Positions 10,466 to 19,908 of a DNA stretch of 37,263 nt are shown one piece after another. The notes below the pieces were generated by a model, which saw only the letters and a list, made by a program, of their open reading frames with translations, did not search any database and was not told where the DNA came from. Position numbers and translations under genes: made by a program. The stretch lies in IMG/VR virus record IMGVR_UViG_3300037423_001354, positions 1 to 37,263 of that record, one strand, 5' to 3'. This DNA is from a virus. Its lineage: Duplodnaviria; Caudoviricetes. The number at the start of each line of letters is the position of its first letter. Positions within the stretch are counted from its first letter, which is position 1.

Positions 10466-12787
10466 ATGACACAAATCAAAGACCTACAATTCCGAACTAA
10501 CGGAACCACAAGTGACCGCCTTCTCGTTCAAACAGGTGGCGCAACATTCGCGGTCGATAATCCTAAAATCAACGGCAACCTGACCGTCACAGCCAACGGC
10601 ACATTCCACAATCTCACAGTCACCGGAACTCTCACTGCCAACACAGGTGGCGGGGGAGGGGCAACCACCTTCCTTGGCCTGACTGACACTCCTGCGAACT
10701 ACACCGGAGCGAATAACAAGCTCGTTCTGGTCAACGGGACTTCAACCGCGTTGGTCTTCGGTCCTGTGCCTGGTGCCTTGGCTTCACGCAACACCGTCAG
10801 CAACGTTCAATGGTCCGGTCAAAACCTTCAGATTGTGAATGGTGGTACAGGCGCCAACACCGCATCCGGAGCTAGAACCTCGCTCGGCCTTCAAATCGGT
10901 AGTGACGTTCAGGCATATGACGCAACTCTGGCTGCGCTCGCTGCCTTCAACACCAACGGCATTCTAACTCAAACCGCTGCCGACACGTTCACCGCCAGAA
11001 CGATGACTGGTACAGCTAATGAAATCTCCGTCAGCAATGGTGATGGTGTCTCAGGCAATCCAACTTGGAGTCTCCCATCCGCTCTGACATTCACAGGGAA
11101 GACGGTCACTGGTGGTGCCTTCACTGGTGGCACTTGGAACAGTGGCGCGATTGGGGGGACAACTCCCGCTTCCGGTGCTTTCACCACAATTTCAGCCACA
11201 GGTCTGACCCTCACAGCGGCTTCGGCTTCTGGTGGAGCAGGATTTCGTCTTCCCCATGGCGCGGCTCCTACATCACCTACCAATGGCGATTTGTGGACCA
11301 CAACAGCAGGTCTTTACGCTCAAATCAGCGGCACAACCGTTGGACCGTTCTCTACATCTTCTGGAAGCGTGATTGTCGATTCGGCACAAGCCACTCCAAG
11401 TGCTGTGGAATGGAAAGTTTCAGGATCCAATCGTTATCGATTCGAAAGAGCGAATGACTCAGAAACAGGCTCTAATGCCGGTTCAACATTGCAGATGCTC
11501 GCCTATAATGATTCCGGAACCCTGCTAGGTTCCGTATTCGATATCACACGATCAACCCAAGCTGTAAAGTTCTATGCAAACATGACCATGAACAATGGTC
11601 TGTTACTAACATCATCATCGTCAACTAGCCGTTCAGGACTTCGACTGCCTCACGGTTCAGCCCCAACTACCCCTACGAATGGTGACGCATGGACAACCAC
11701 AGGTGGTTTCTTCGTTCGCATCAATGGCGCAACTCAACAGATGGCCAATCAAACCGATGTCGATTCGGAAGTCATCACGCTTGCTCCGTCAGCTAATCAA
11801 AATGACTACGCCACAGGTGTCAGCACTAAAAAGGCGGTTCAATCAACCGTTATCATATCACCTACTAATAGCATTAAAATCACCGGCTTCAGCACAACAA
11901 GCTGGCAGACTGGTAAACGTATCAAGGTCATCAACGGAACGTCACGAACTGCATCAACTGCTAGAATGATTATTCTTGAACGTAACAGCGCATCAAGTTT
12001 GGCTGCTAACAGAATGGATCTGCCACCTAACGTGCACGGTGTCCCAGTCATCCTCATGCCGGAAGACGAATGTGAAATCTTCTTCGATGGCACGAACCTG
12101 AATGTTATTAATGGAACACGTGTAGGTAGTATCAACAATATGTTTGATACTGTAATGACCGGTGACGGAGTTCTTTCAGGCACAGGTTGGACCAGTGGAA
12201 CAGGCTCAGGCACATTTTCTAATAGCTGGAGAACCATCGGATCAAATATCTACATTGTTTCCGAAGTTGATAGCGGGACCACAACAACGGGACGTGCACA
12301 TGCGGCTAACGCTCCCGCAATGTATGCTGGCTCAGGGGCAATGCTATCGATTGTGTCGTTAGCTCCTAATGTGCTTTCAACTGCTACTGATGAATTCCTG
12401 CAAGTCGGCGGTTTTCATGATGCTCATTCAGGAACTCTTACTGATATGATTGGATGGGTTTACACCCGTCCGGTCAGCACGCTTTGGCAAACCAGAACGA
12501 TGAGCAATGGCGTCGCGACCAGCACCGCGATTACGGGTTTAACGGTAAGCATTAGCCAGATTCCATTGTTTGGTACGTTCGTGAATGGCAACGGAACCAA
12601 CGTAGAATTTTTCTACTCAACCGACGATGGAGCAACGTGGACGTTCACACCAACGCAGCACACCACAAACATTCCAACCGGTACGGCCAGAACGTTCGGT
12701 AATGGTCATGGAATACAGAAAACCGCAGGAACAACGAACGTTTGGGCGTACTCATCCATCATGGGCTACAGGTGGCAGCGCTTCTAA
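10466..12787 (+). CDS. Tail fibre/spike protein 2
   Basis: T/G/S-rich; GGTGA...ARTSLGL..GSDVQAYD fibre motif; internal duplicated RLPHG.APT.PTNGD.WTTT module. Confidence 0.75.
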   Translation: MTQIKDLQFRTNGTTSDRLLVQTGGATFAVDNPKINGNLTVTANGTFHNLTVTGTLTANTGGGGGATTFLGLTDTPANYTGANNKLVLVNGTSTALVFGPVPGALASRNTVSNVQWSGQNLQIVNGGTGANTASGARTSLGLQIGSDVQAYDATLAALAAFNTNGILTQTAADTFTARTMTGTANEISVSNGDGVSGNPTWSLPSALTFTGKTVTGGAFTGGTWNSGAIGGTTPASGAFTTISATGLTLTAASASGGAGFRLPHGAAPTSPTNGDLWTTTAGLYAQISGTTVGPFSTSSGSVIVDSAQATPSAVEWKVSGSNRYRFERANDSETGSNAGSTLQMLAYNDSGTLLGSVFDITRSTQAVKFYANMTMNNGLLLTSSSSTSRSGLRLPHGSAPTTPTNGDAWTTTGGFFVRINGATQQMANQTDVDSEVITLAPSANQNDYATGVSTKKAVQSTVIISPTNSIKITGFSTTSWQTGKRIKVINGTSRTASTARMIILERNSASSLAANRMDLPPNVHGVPVILMPEDECEIFFDGTNLNVINGTRVGSINNMFDTVMTGDGVLSGTGWTSGTGSGTFSNSWRTIGSNIYIVSEVDSGTTTTGRAHAANAPAMYAGSGAMLSIVSLAPNVLSTATDEFLQVGGFHDAHSGTLTDMIGWVYTRPVSTLWQTRTMSNGVATSTAITGLTVSISQIPLFGTFVNGNGTNVEFFYSTDDGATWTFTPTQHTTNIPTGTARTFGNGHGIQKTAGTTNVWAYSSIMGYRWQRF

Positions 12788-12797
12788 TCTAGATGTC

Positions 12798-12839
12798 AAA
12801 AATCCCGCTTCGCTGATAAAAGGCCAAGCGGGATTTTTT
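12798..12839. terminator. Bidirectional intrinsic terminator
   Basis: AAAAATCCCGCTT...AAGCGGGATTTTTT between convergent genes. Confidence 0.85.
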
Positions 12840-12840
12840 C

Positions 12841-13155
12841 TTAGTTGAAGTTTCCACCGGTTATCAATGCGAAAAGGACAATCACTCCGATAAAGATAAG
12901 CGGATATTTAATCAGGGCTTTTTTCATATCGGCCCTGAGTTCAGGCTCTTGCCATTCCTCATAGATTGTCACAGCGCAACTAACGAGAAACGCGATGGCG
13001 AATCCGCCTGCTAGTCCGATAGCTGCAAGGGTCACAACAGTTCCGATGCTAACCGTGAATTTTCCCGTAGCAAAGCAGATGACGATAAAGAGAAGCCAAA
13101 AGCCTCCCATGATCGTTGATTTCAGTTCTTCAAATTGTCGGTTATTCATTTTCAT
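12841..13155 (-). CDS. Small membrane protein (three TM segments)
   Basis: Strong SD AAGGAGG; three hydrophobic segments; own CTAAATA box. Confidence 0.7.
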   Translation of the reverse strand: MKMNNRQFEELKSTIMGGFWLLFIVICFATGKFTVSIGTVVTLAAIGLAGGFAIAFLVSCAVTIYEEWQEPELRADMKKALIKYPLIFIGVIVLFALITGGNFN

Positions 13156-13211
13156 TCCTCCTTGTTAAAAACGCGAAGGGGACCGAGTTTCCCCGATCCC
13201 CGTTGGTCAAC

Positions 13212-13218
13212 TATTTAG
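13212..13218 (-). promoter_or_regulatory. CTAAATA late-type promoter followed by a GAAA-tetraloop leader hairpin
   Basis: Minus strand reads GGCTAAATAG...GGGGATCGGG-GAAA-CTCGGTCCCC...AAGGAGG. Confidence 0.65.
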
Positions 13219-13230
13219 CCATCGCTAAAT

Positions 13231-13401
13231 TCATGTTTTGTTCTCGCCAAAATCATCGATCAGCGAACGAACAGCCTTGATCCCGTTTCCAAGGTCCTCG
13301 ACACGCTTGGTATCGAGATTTCTCAACGCAGCCGCTTGGAAATGGGCGAGAATCCTCCGAGCCGCTTGAAGGATTTCGATATCGTCACGCTTCAGCAGCA
13401 T
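13231..13401 (-). CDS. Hypothetical protein (56 aa)
   Basis: ATG 13401 with SD GGTGAGG, in frame with track ORF 13231..13488. Confidence 0.5.
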   Translation of the reverse strand: MLLKRDDIEILQAARRILAHFQAAALRNLDTKRVEDLGNGIKAVRSLIDDFGENKT

Positions 13402-13840
13402 TGTCAGCCTCACCAGCCATCGGGGTCTTCTGGATCGGAGGCAACCCCTGATCAGCAGGCAGAACAACCGCAGGAGTTTCGGCCGCAATCGCCTGCGCGG
13501 TCTTCAACTTGGCCTGACGGTCGCTCTTATTGGGCTTCTTGGAAGGTGCCTTGGCGGCCTTGGCAGGCTTGCCAGCCTTCGCGGGAGCCTTGGCGGCCTT
13601 AGCCGCTCCCTTCGCCGGCTTCGCGGCCTTGGGAGCCTTGGCGGGCTTGGCGACGACCTCTTCCTTGTCCAGGCCCATATCCTTGCGGAGCGTCCGAACG
13701 ATCTTCGGAACATCAACCCGATAGATTTCGCTCACGAAGCGAACGAGGGTCGGCGCAACAGGCTTCTCCTCCTTAATCCACTTCATATCCTCGTGCTTGA
13801 TGATCCATTCGAGAGCGGTCTTGTAGGTGATACGCGACAT
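13385..13840 (-). CDS. Histone H1-like K/A/P-rich DNA-binding protein
   Basis: Tandem KPAKA/KAAKAP repeats after a small globular N-domain; ATG 13840 with SD AAGGA. Confidence 0.65.
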   Translation of the reverse strand: MSRITYKTALEWIIKHEDMKWIKEEKPVAPTLVRFVSEIYRVDVPKIVRTLRKDMGLDKEEVVAKPAKAPKAAKPAKGAAKAAKAPAKAGKPAKAAKAPSKKPNKSDRQAKLKTAQAIAAETPAVVLPADQGLPPIQKTPMAGEADNAAEA

Positions 13841-13873
13841 TTTCAAATTTTCCTTCAATCAGGTTTCTGTTGA

Positions 13874-14059
13874 CTACTTAACCGAACGAGCTTCTTCGAT
13901 CCGACGAATAAGCAAACGTTCAGCATTATGACTCGACGGATCGCTATCGATGGTATCTTGAAGATAACCAACAATATCATCGAGAACCCCATCCAACATA
14001 AAGCGTTGGAGTTTCAGGCTCTTGATTTCTTCCGAAGAGTTGGCAGGCTTGACGTTCAT
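13874..14059 (-). CDS. Hypothetical protein
   Basis: SD GGAGA; operon position. Confidence 0.55.
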   Translation of the reverse strand: MNVKPANSSEEIKSLKLQRFMLDGVLDDIVGYLQDTIDSDPSSHNAERLLIRRIEEARSVK

Positions 14060-14160
14060 TTCACTTCTCCAACAATCAACGCTACAACCATTTTATAATT
14101 GCGACCTGTTTGAAGGAAAAGCACTATCTTGCCGTTTAGCAACAGAGGTAGAAGAAAAAG

Positions 14161-14187
14161 AAAAAGCCCACTCCGAAGAATGGGCTT
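14161..14187 (-). terminator. Intrinsic terminator
   Basis: AAGCCCA/TGGGCTT stem with U-run on the minus strand after 14214..14609. Confidence 0.6.
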
Positions 14188-14213
14188 CAATAGTGCGATT
14201 AGAAACTTGATTG

Positions 14214-14609
14214 TTAGGCTTTAGCAGCGCGACCTTTTTTCAAACGTGTTGAACGGTCAGTCGAAGCGTCACGGATAGCAGTCTTGAATTCCTCGTCAGA
14301 CTGCGCAAGCTCGATTGCGTCATTCAGGAAATCGTTGACCTCATCCAGCGAGGCGACCTGAAAATATTTCTCGCCACCGACTGGAATTCCATCCTTCCCA
14401 AGGCGGAACGTGAAACCACCCTTATGAGGACGGAACCACTGCTTGCGAGGCTCATGGGCTGAACCCTTCTTCACATTAGCAACCAACTTTTGTTGATCGC
14501 GAGCACGTGAAATGAAAGCCTCAACAGGGTCTTTCGATGCAGCAGCCGTCGCGGTCGGTTTAGCGGTTGCGGCTTTTTTGAATTTAGCAAGGATGGTAGC
14601 TTTGCTCAT
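14214..14609 (-). CDS. Basic hypothetical protein
   Basis: 131-aa ORF with protein-like composition. Confidence 0.6.
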   Translation of the reverse strand: MSKATILAKFKKAATAKPTATAAASKDPVEAFISRARDQQKLVANVKKGSAHEPRKQWFRPHKGGFTFRLGKDGIPVGGEKYFQVASLDEVNDFLNDAIELAQSDEEFKTAIRDASTDRSTRLKKGRAAKA

Positions 14610-14673
14610 GGGTATCCCCGTTTGATGAATCGCTTAACGGGACTACCATATGAAAAAGCGAAGGAGAAGTGAA

Positions 14674-14937
14674 TTAGCTTCTTCGCCATTCGAGAGCAAC
14701 AAGCTTCGTTTTAACGTCATATGAACCGGTCTTAGCAGTCTCAACAATCCGCGCACCTTCACGCAATTGGATCAGGCTGTTCGTCCTATCAAGTGACGCT
14801 TCAAAAGCTGCCTTTGCAACCGAGAAGCCATTCACTTCGCCGATGGTCTCAACGATCTCTCCACGCTCGGTGATCGCGTGTATCTGAAAGCAATAGTCGT
14901 GGACTCGTCCGGCAGCGCGACGCATGGGTTTCTCCAT
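14674..14937 (-). CDS. Small hypothetical protein, probably SOS-regulated
   Basis: LexA box 8 nt upstream of the ATG. Confidence 0.65.
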   Translation of the reverse strand: MEKPMRRAAGRVHDYCFQIHAITERGEIVETIGEVNGFSVAKAAFEASLDRTNSLIQLREGARIVETAKTGSYDVKTKLVALEWRRS

Positions 14938-14945
14938 AGGATAAT

Positions 14946-14960
14946 GTTCCTATTTTGTTC
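14946..14960 (-). promoter_or_regulatory. Alphaproteobacterial LexA (SOS) box GAAC-N7-GAAC within a sigma70-type promoter
   Basis: Minus strand CTTGACC...GAACAAAATAGGAAC; exact match to the alpha LexA consensus. Confidence 0.8.
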
Positions 14961-15058
14961 CCGTCCGTCAGAAGGTCAAGGGTGTAAAGAAAATATTCCT
15001 ATGGGCGGTGCCTCTGGCGAGAGCTATCATTCGTTGAGTCGCAAAACAGGGGGATCGA

Positions 15059-15283
15059 ATGAGCAATCTGGTTCACAACGAGCGCACAAAGATGGCGGCC
15101 TCGTTTTTCAATAGCGTTGCCGTGGTGTGTCTAGGAACGGGCATAGCCATTCCAACAATTTCGATGAGCATAGCGGACAAGCCGGTGGAAGTGCACAGTT
15201 TTGCGCCGTTCGCCTTGGGCACGTTTTTTAGCCTGTTATCAATCACTATAGCTCGGACCATTTTAGGCCATCTCAAGGAATAG
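15059..15283 (+). CDS. Small two-TM membrane protein
   Basis: MSNLVHNERTK.. followed by two hydrophobic helices; SD GGGGGA. Confidence 0.65.
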   Translation: MSNLVHNERTKMAASFFNSVAVVCLGTGIAIPTISMSIADKPVEVHSFAPFALGTFFSLLSITIARTILGHLKE

Positions 15284-16145
15284 GGTCGTCCTCAGAAAAT
15301 CCCAAGATTGAACCGTGCCGCAAAGGGTGTTCGCCGCGAAGGTGTTTGACCTGTAGCCTGATCCCCGGCTCAACCCATTTTGTATCTGGTCGCTTCTTCA
15401 ATCCCTTGGGTTCGGGTCCGGTATGTTCCTGAACTCGCTTCCATAGCCGTTCACGCATTTCACGATTCAAGCTGATGAAAGCCGAGCCAACATATTTGCG
15501 TGTTCCGGGTTCACCCATCAGGGCAAAAGCTGGCTTGCCTTGCTCACGTTCAACTCCGAGCAGTTCAAGATTGCTGACGGTGTAGCTTTTCGTTTTCAGC
15601 CAATCGGTCGTCGGCCCACTGCGATAACGGCTGTCTTTCCGTTTCGATACAATCCCCTCCAACCCGGCTCGATCAGCCAGATAGAAAACCGACTTGCCAT
15701 CACCCGGTAGAGCCTCACTGAATTGGATACGGCTATTGGGCTTCACTATGCCGGCTAGAAGATCGCGGCGAGCCTGACAGCCTTCGTTCCGCAAATCTCT
15801 TCCATTGAGATAGAGAAGGTCAAAGGCTCCGAGAACCGCAGCATATGGGTCCCTGTGGACAACACTTTGCATGAGACTGAAATCGGGCAACCCGGCATCA
15901 TTCAAAACGACTGCCTCGCCATCTATGATCGCGCTTTCAACATCTAGGTCGCGAGCGTCTTCAACGATGCCTCGATACTTTTTCGACCAATCCGAGCCAC
16001 TGCTTGAGAAAGCTCGAACCTCGTCACCTTCGATAATGACCTGGGTTCGGTAGCCATCCAGCTTGATTTCGTGAATCCATTCTCCGATCTCGGGTGGCTT
16101 CGAGACAAGCTTAGGCTTCATCGGAGGAATGAACTTCAAACGCAT
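15273..16145 (-). CDS. ATP-dependent DNA ligase (LigD ligase-domain type)
   Basis: Motif I EIKLDGYR, IIDGEAV, AFDLL, EGIVSK, YRSG...WLKTK; start could be 16145 or 16172. Confidence 0.9.
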   Translation of the reverse strand: MRLKFIPPMKPKLVSKPPEIGEWIHEIKLDGYRTQVIIEGDEVRAFSSSGSDWSKKYRGIVEDARDLDVESAIIDGEAVVLNDAGLPDFSLMQSVVHRDPYAAVLGAFDLLYLNGRDLRNEGCQARRDLLAGIVKPNSRIQFSEALPGDGKSVFYLADRAGLEGIVSKRKDSRYRSGPTTDWLKTKSYTVSNLELLGVEREQGKPAFALMGEPGTRKYVGSAFISLNREMRERLWKRVQEHTGPEPKGLKKRPDTKWVEPGIRLQVKHLRGEHPLRHGSILGFSEDDPIP

Positions 16146-16361
16146 GAACTGACTCACAAAAACGGGACTCAAGCCGGTGAGGTCCAGCAGGTTCCGACAT
16201 TCCGATTAAAATTTGATCGTTTTTAAACGCTTGCCTCGCGTTTTAAGTGGTTTCGCTGCGATTCCAACGAACTAGTATAACGCTCCGTTAACCTAAGCCG
16301 TTGTTTTAACAGCGATCCGGTAAAGCTAAAAGAGTTTTAGAAAGGCTTTACTTTAAACGTC

Positions 16362-17519
16362 TCAGGCATTCTCCAAGACGAGTTGACGTCCCTCCTGACG
16401 CTTCACAGCTACACGTTCAGCAGCCGCAAGCTTCGCGCGGTCATATACGGTCGCTGTAGTTACGGAAGTTGAGTGACCGGCCATCTGACCAAGGTCGGTA
16501 ATGCTTGCATCATACAATCTGGCTTCGGTAATGCCTGATGCTCTCAGATCACGAGCCCAAACAGTCGGATCGATATTGGCTTTCGCCCGATGCCGCTTGA
16601 AGTGATTCGCGAACTCCTTCGGGCTGTATCTTCGATCATCGATATCACACTTGATAACCGGACCAGAAAGTGGCTTTCCGTTAGCCAGATATGGCTTCAA
16701 TTCTTCCATCACCATCGGACATGAAGCCAGATTGATGATCACCTTGGCTCCAGATTTCTTGACGGTCTTGGTCGGGATGTATTGGAGGATCAAGCCATCG
16801 CTAATGTGCCTCCAATCAAGCTCCTGATGGGTATCATAGAGACGCAAGAATGTTTCGAACACGATTGCGTATGTGAGAGCCATCATTGGGCGACCAGCAG
16901 CATGGGCAGCTTGACGGAGTTTCACAACCTCATCAGCCGATATGAACTGATCGCGAGCTTTCGGATTGGGTAGGCGAGGGCTGGTAGCCTTCATCACTTC
17001 CATCAAGGCTGCGGCTCCCTCGATACGGCATGAGATCGCATATTTCACGACCGCTTTCAGAACCGTAAAACACATCTTGCCGGCTGCGAGCAGGGTGCGT
17101 TCTTCGGACCAGATATTGTGCCACTTTATCAGGTCGGTTCCGATGATTGAGTCCAAGCGAACCTTACCAACCTCCATCCTCAATCGCTTGAGGTAGATCA
17201 TATAAGTGTGGGCCGATCCGGCAGATAGCTCATGGAAGGGGGATTCCTTGTCCATTTCATAACGTCGGAGAATGTAGGAAACCGTTCCGTAATCGTGATC
17301 GGGAACGGCACCGATCTTGGATTTCTTGACCTCTTCGTTCAGCCGATCAGCTTCCCTCTCAAGCTCCCTTGGAAACTTCACAAATCTTGTGAGGTTCACA
17401 GTTCGTGGCTGGAAGTGCGATCCAGCAGGCGCGGTCCAATAAACTGCTAATGAGTTCTTTCTCTCACGATATTGGATGCCTTTTCCGATCACTCGTTCAA
17501 TCTGTTGCTTATCACTCAT
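16362..17519 (-). CDS. int: Tyrosine recombinase/integrase
   Basis: FETFLR, RDLRASGITE, AGHS...TVYDR catalytic pattern; SD AGGAG. Confidence 0.8.
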   Translation of the reverse strand: MSDKQQIERVIGKGIQYRERKNSLAVYWTAPAGSHFQPRTVNLTRFVKFPRELEREADRLNEEVKKSKIGAVPDHDYGTVSYILRRYEMDKESPFHELSAGSAHTYMIYLKRLRMEVGKVRLDSIIGTDLIKWHNIWSEERTLLAAGKMCFTVLKAVVKYAISCRIEGAAALMEVMKATSPRLPNPKARDQFISADEVVKLRQAAHAAGRPMMALTYAIVFETFLRLYDTHQELDWRHISDGLILQYIPTKTVKKSGAKVIINLASCPMVMEELKPYLANGKPLSGPVIKCDIDDRRYSPKEFANHFKRHRAKANIDPTVWARDLRASGITEARLYDASITDLGQMAGHSTSVTTATVYDRAKLAAAERVAVKRQEGRQLVLENA

Positions 17520-17630
17520 ATTTCAACTCCTATTGCTTTTTGTGACGGTTCGTCACTCAATACGTTTATAATTTCTCTTAATGAAACCAAAGAGGTTCTT
17601 AAAATTCCCGCTAACTATCTTCTAGATGTG

Positions 17631-17655
17631 AAAAGAGCCCGGAATTTTCGGGCTC
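17631..17655 (-). terminator. Intrinsic terminator separating the integrase from the upstream operon
   Basis: GAGCCCG/CGGGCTC stem with U-run on the minus strand. Confidence 0.65.
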
Positions 17656-17682
17656 AATCGTTAGCGGTTATGTAGGTTTGTT

Positions 17683-18087
17683 TTAAAGACTCAAAACGTC
17701 TTCGCCAGCCAGAAAAAGTTTTTCAAGTTCAGCACTGATACCAGCCAAAACCGATAGCCGTAGCATGTATTCAAGTTCGAGGTTTCTATTGGTGATCCCA
17801 GCAACGCGCTTCAAAAATGCATAATCGGCTGTCGCAATGCCAACGTCGCCATTCAACTCAGGTGTCTCACCTATTAGAATGGATTGAATTTCCGTGATCG
17901 GGAAATTTGCGTTTCGTTCAACCGCTGCCCGACTGATATCAGCGGGACCATAATCGCTCATGTAACGGAATTCGTCGCCCAAAAGGTCGTCGATTGATAC
18001 CTTCGGAATACGAAGTATGGCCGCTTGTCCGTTCCGCTTTCGGATCAATAGCTTATCGTACATTTTCTCCAAGTAATGGTCAGTCAT
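17683..18087 (-). CDS. Hypothetical protein
   Basis: SD AAGGA; 134 aa. Confidence 0.6.
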   Translation of the reverse strand: MTDHYLEKMYDKLLIRKRNGQAAILRIPKVSIDDLLGDEFRYMSDYGPADISRAAVERNANFPITEIQSILIGETPELNGDVGIATADYAFLKRVAGITNRNLELEYMLRLSVLAGISAELEKLFLAGEDVLSL

Positions 18088-18205
18088 ATAATTTCCTTCT
18101 CTAAAAATTACGCTACAAGATATCCGATTACCAGTATGACGCCTGCTGCTAACAATCCATGCAGTGCGATGTCTGGAAAATAATTTGCTAGACGCTTTAA
18201 ATCAC

Positions 18206-18505
18206 TCATTGAGTTGCGTCCCGTTTGCCTTCAAGGCAACTAATGCGCTTGTGCAAATCTTCTGTTATTTGATGACCATACAGGCCGCCATATCGCTCGT
18301 CATAATCTGAAGCAGACTGAGCGGGATCAATGAGAAATGGTTTAAGGTGTTCGAGAACCGCCTCTGTCTCGCTTGGTTTTGCTAGATTATCGAATAAAGC
18401 TCTAACCAAGAATCGATTCAAAGGTGACAATTTGCTACGGTCTATGTACCTTGGCCCATCATCGTAGGTGATTTGATCGAGCCCACTTGTTGCAATATCA
18501 TTCAT
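18206..18505 (-). CDS. Hypothetical protein
   Basis: SD AAGGAG; own CTAAATA box. Confidence 0.65.
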   Translation of the reverse strand: MNDIATSGLDQITYDDGPRYIDRSKLSPLNRFLVRALFDNLAKPSETEAVLEHLKPFLIDPAQSASDYDERYGGLYGHQITEDLHKRISCLEGKRDATQ

Positions 18506-18553
18506 TCAATTAACTCCTTTTTGAAAACGTGACGTCCTCCGTAACGTCATAGC

Positions 18554-18560
18554 TATTTAG
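18554..18560 (-). promoter_or_regulatory. CTAAATA(GCT) late-type promoter with leader stem-loop
   Basis: Minus strand CTAAATAGCTATGACGT...ACGTCAC...AAGGAG. Confidence 0.65.
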
Positions 18561-18697
18561 TTGTTATAAGTTTTTGTCTGATTGAAATTTAGTCGTGGCT
18601 TTCGCGCCACCTTCGATTCAAAAATCAGGAATCGGGATAGGACTGCACCGCAACGGTACAGCCACAACGATGTTTTACGGCTTGGTAGAGCTACAGC

Positions 18698-19411
18698 CTA
18701 TGAGTCTTGTAATTTTTTCTCGCGAATGCGCAGCGAACGTGCCCTCAAAGCGGCATTAATTTTGGCTCGGTGCTCGTCGGAAAATTTCCGCTTCTTCTGA
18801 GCTTCGCTCATTTTCTTCCGGGTCTCTTCGCTATGGCGCCGACCCTTGTTGAGTTCACTCAGTTTGCGCTTGGTTTCGTCCGAATGTGTCCAACCTTTTG
18901 GACGAAACCATGGATGATCTTGATTCAGTAATCGCTCACGGGAGGCAGCACCGATTCTCTTTTTGGCTTCCTCAGAATGGGTTCGACCAACCCACCAACT
19001 CTTTTCGCCGGTTCGTGATGCGCTGATGGCTTCACGATGAGAGGCAGACAGCTTTCGACCACGCTGCCAAGCGCTCATTTTTTCTCTGGCTTCATCCGTG
19101 TATTTCGTACCAAGAGGACTCCCTGCAACAGGTTGAAGGTTGTATCCGTTTTCGAAGCTATCGAGCTTCCACATGAACTCCTGTTCGAGCAAACGCAGAA
19201 TGTCCTTATCGCGTTCACATCGGAATAGAATGTTATAGATAAAGGCGGTTGGACCGTGCTTATTCCATGAGGCTTGCAGCTTACGGTTCTTATGGGTGCC
19301 ACGTCCAAGCGCGGTGGTATGACGTCTCCAACGAGACTCGATATGAATGGATTGACCGACATACGATTTGCCGGTCACCATGTTGTAAATTTGATAGATG
19401 CCGCAGGTCAT
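18698..19411 (-). CDS. GIY-YIG homing endonuclease with NUMOD3 repeats (Seg-like)
   Basis: GIYQI...YVGQS..I..RW..H; several H(S/T)xExxxK(M/I/L)S NUMOD3 motifs. Confidence 0.9.
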   Translation of the reverse strand: MTCGIYQIYNMVTGKSYVGQSIHIESRWRRHTTALGRGTHKNRKLQASWNKHGPTAFIYNILFRCERDKDILRLLEQEFMWKLDSFENGYNLQPVAGSPLGTKYTDEAREKMSAWQRGRKLSASHREAISASRTGEKSWWVGRTHSEEAKKRIGAASRERLLNQDHPWFRPKGWTHSDETKRKLSELNKGRRHSEETRKKMSEAQKKRKFSDEHRAKINAALRARSLRIREKKLQDS

Positions 19412-19839
19412 TGGCCACCTGCCTTCGCAGCCTTCTCAGCCCAATAGGCATGATGGGCAGCGGTCTTGCGTTCATTGTCGGCCAGGAACCCGTCAACCTG
19501 ATCGTCATCGACTAGGCCGTCCTCGACCATCATATCCAGAGCCATTCGCATCTGATCGGTGGTGACCGCGCCACCAAGGGGACGAATCTTTCGCTTCAAT
19601 TCCTTGACGTTCTCGCAGAGGAAATTCAGCTTTTGGTTCGGGGACTTTTTGTCATCGGGGATATCGACATCATACAGGTATCCGAACAGGAGCAGTGCTG
19701 CGTTCAGATCTTTCGGATGCCAGCCGGTGAACTCGATTTCGACCGTGACATTAGAGCGAAGCCCAAAGCGCGCCATGAGGTCATCAGACACTCGGTTAGC
19801 CAGTGCTTGTTCGATTTCGCTGCTTGCGTATTCATCCAT
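19408..19839 (-). CDS. Hypothetical protein
   Basis: SD AAGGAG; ATGA overlap with the GIY-YIG gene. Confidence 0.65.
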   Translation of the reverse strand: MDEYASSEIEQALANRVSDDLMARFGLRSNVTVEIEFTGWHPKDLNAALLLFGYLYDVDIPDDKKSPNQKLNFLCENVKELKRKIRPLGGAVTTDQMRMALDMMVEDGLVDDDQVDGFLADNERKTAAHHAYWAEKAAKAGGQ

Positions 19840-19908
19840 TTTAGTTCTCCTTTTGTTTTTATCGTTGATTCATGGCGAACACGTCATCACGGGTCATGTT
19901 GAGGTAGC

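Noticed and set aside
6458-12787. Diversity-generating retroelement targeting the fibres
   Set aside because: No reverse transcriptase and no TR/VR pair; the repeats are diverged protein modules.
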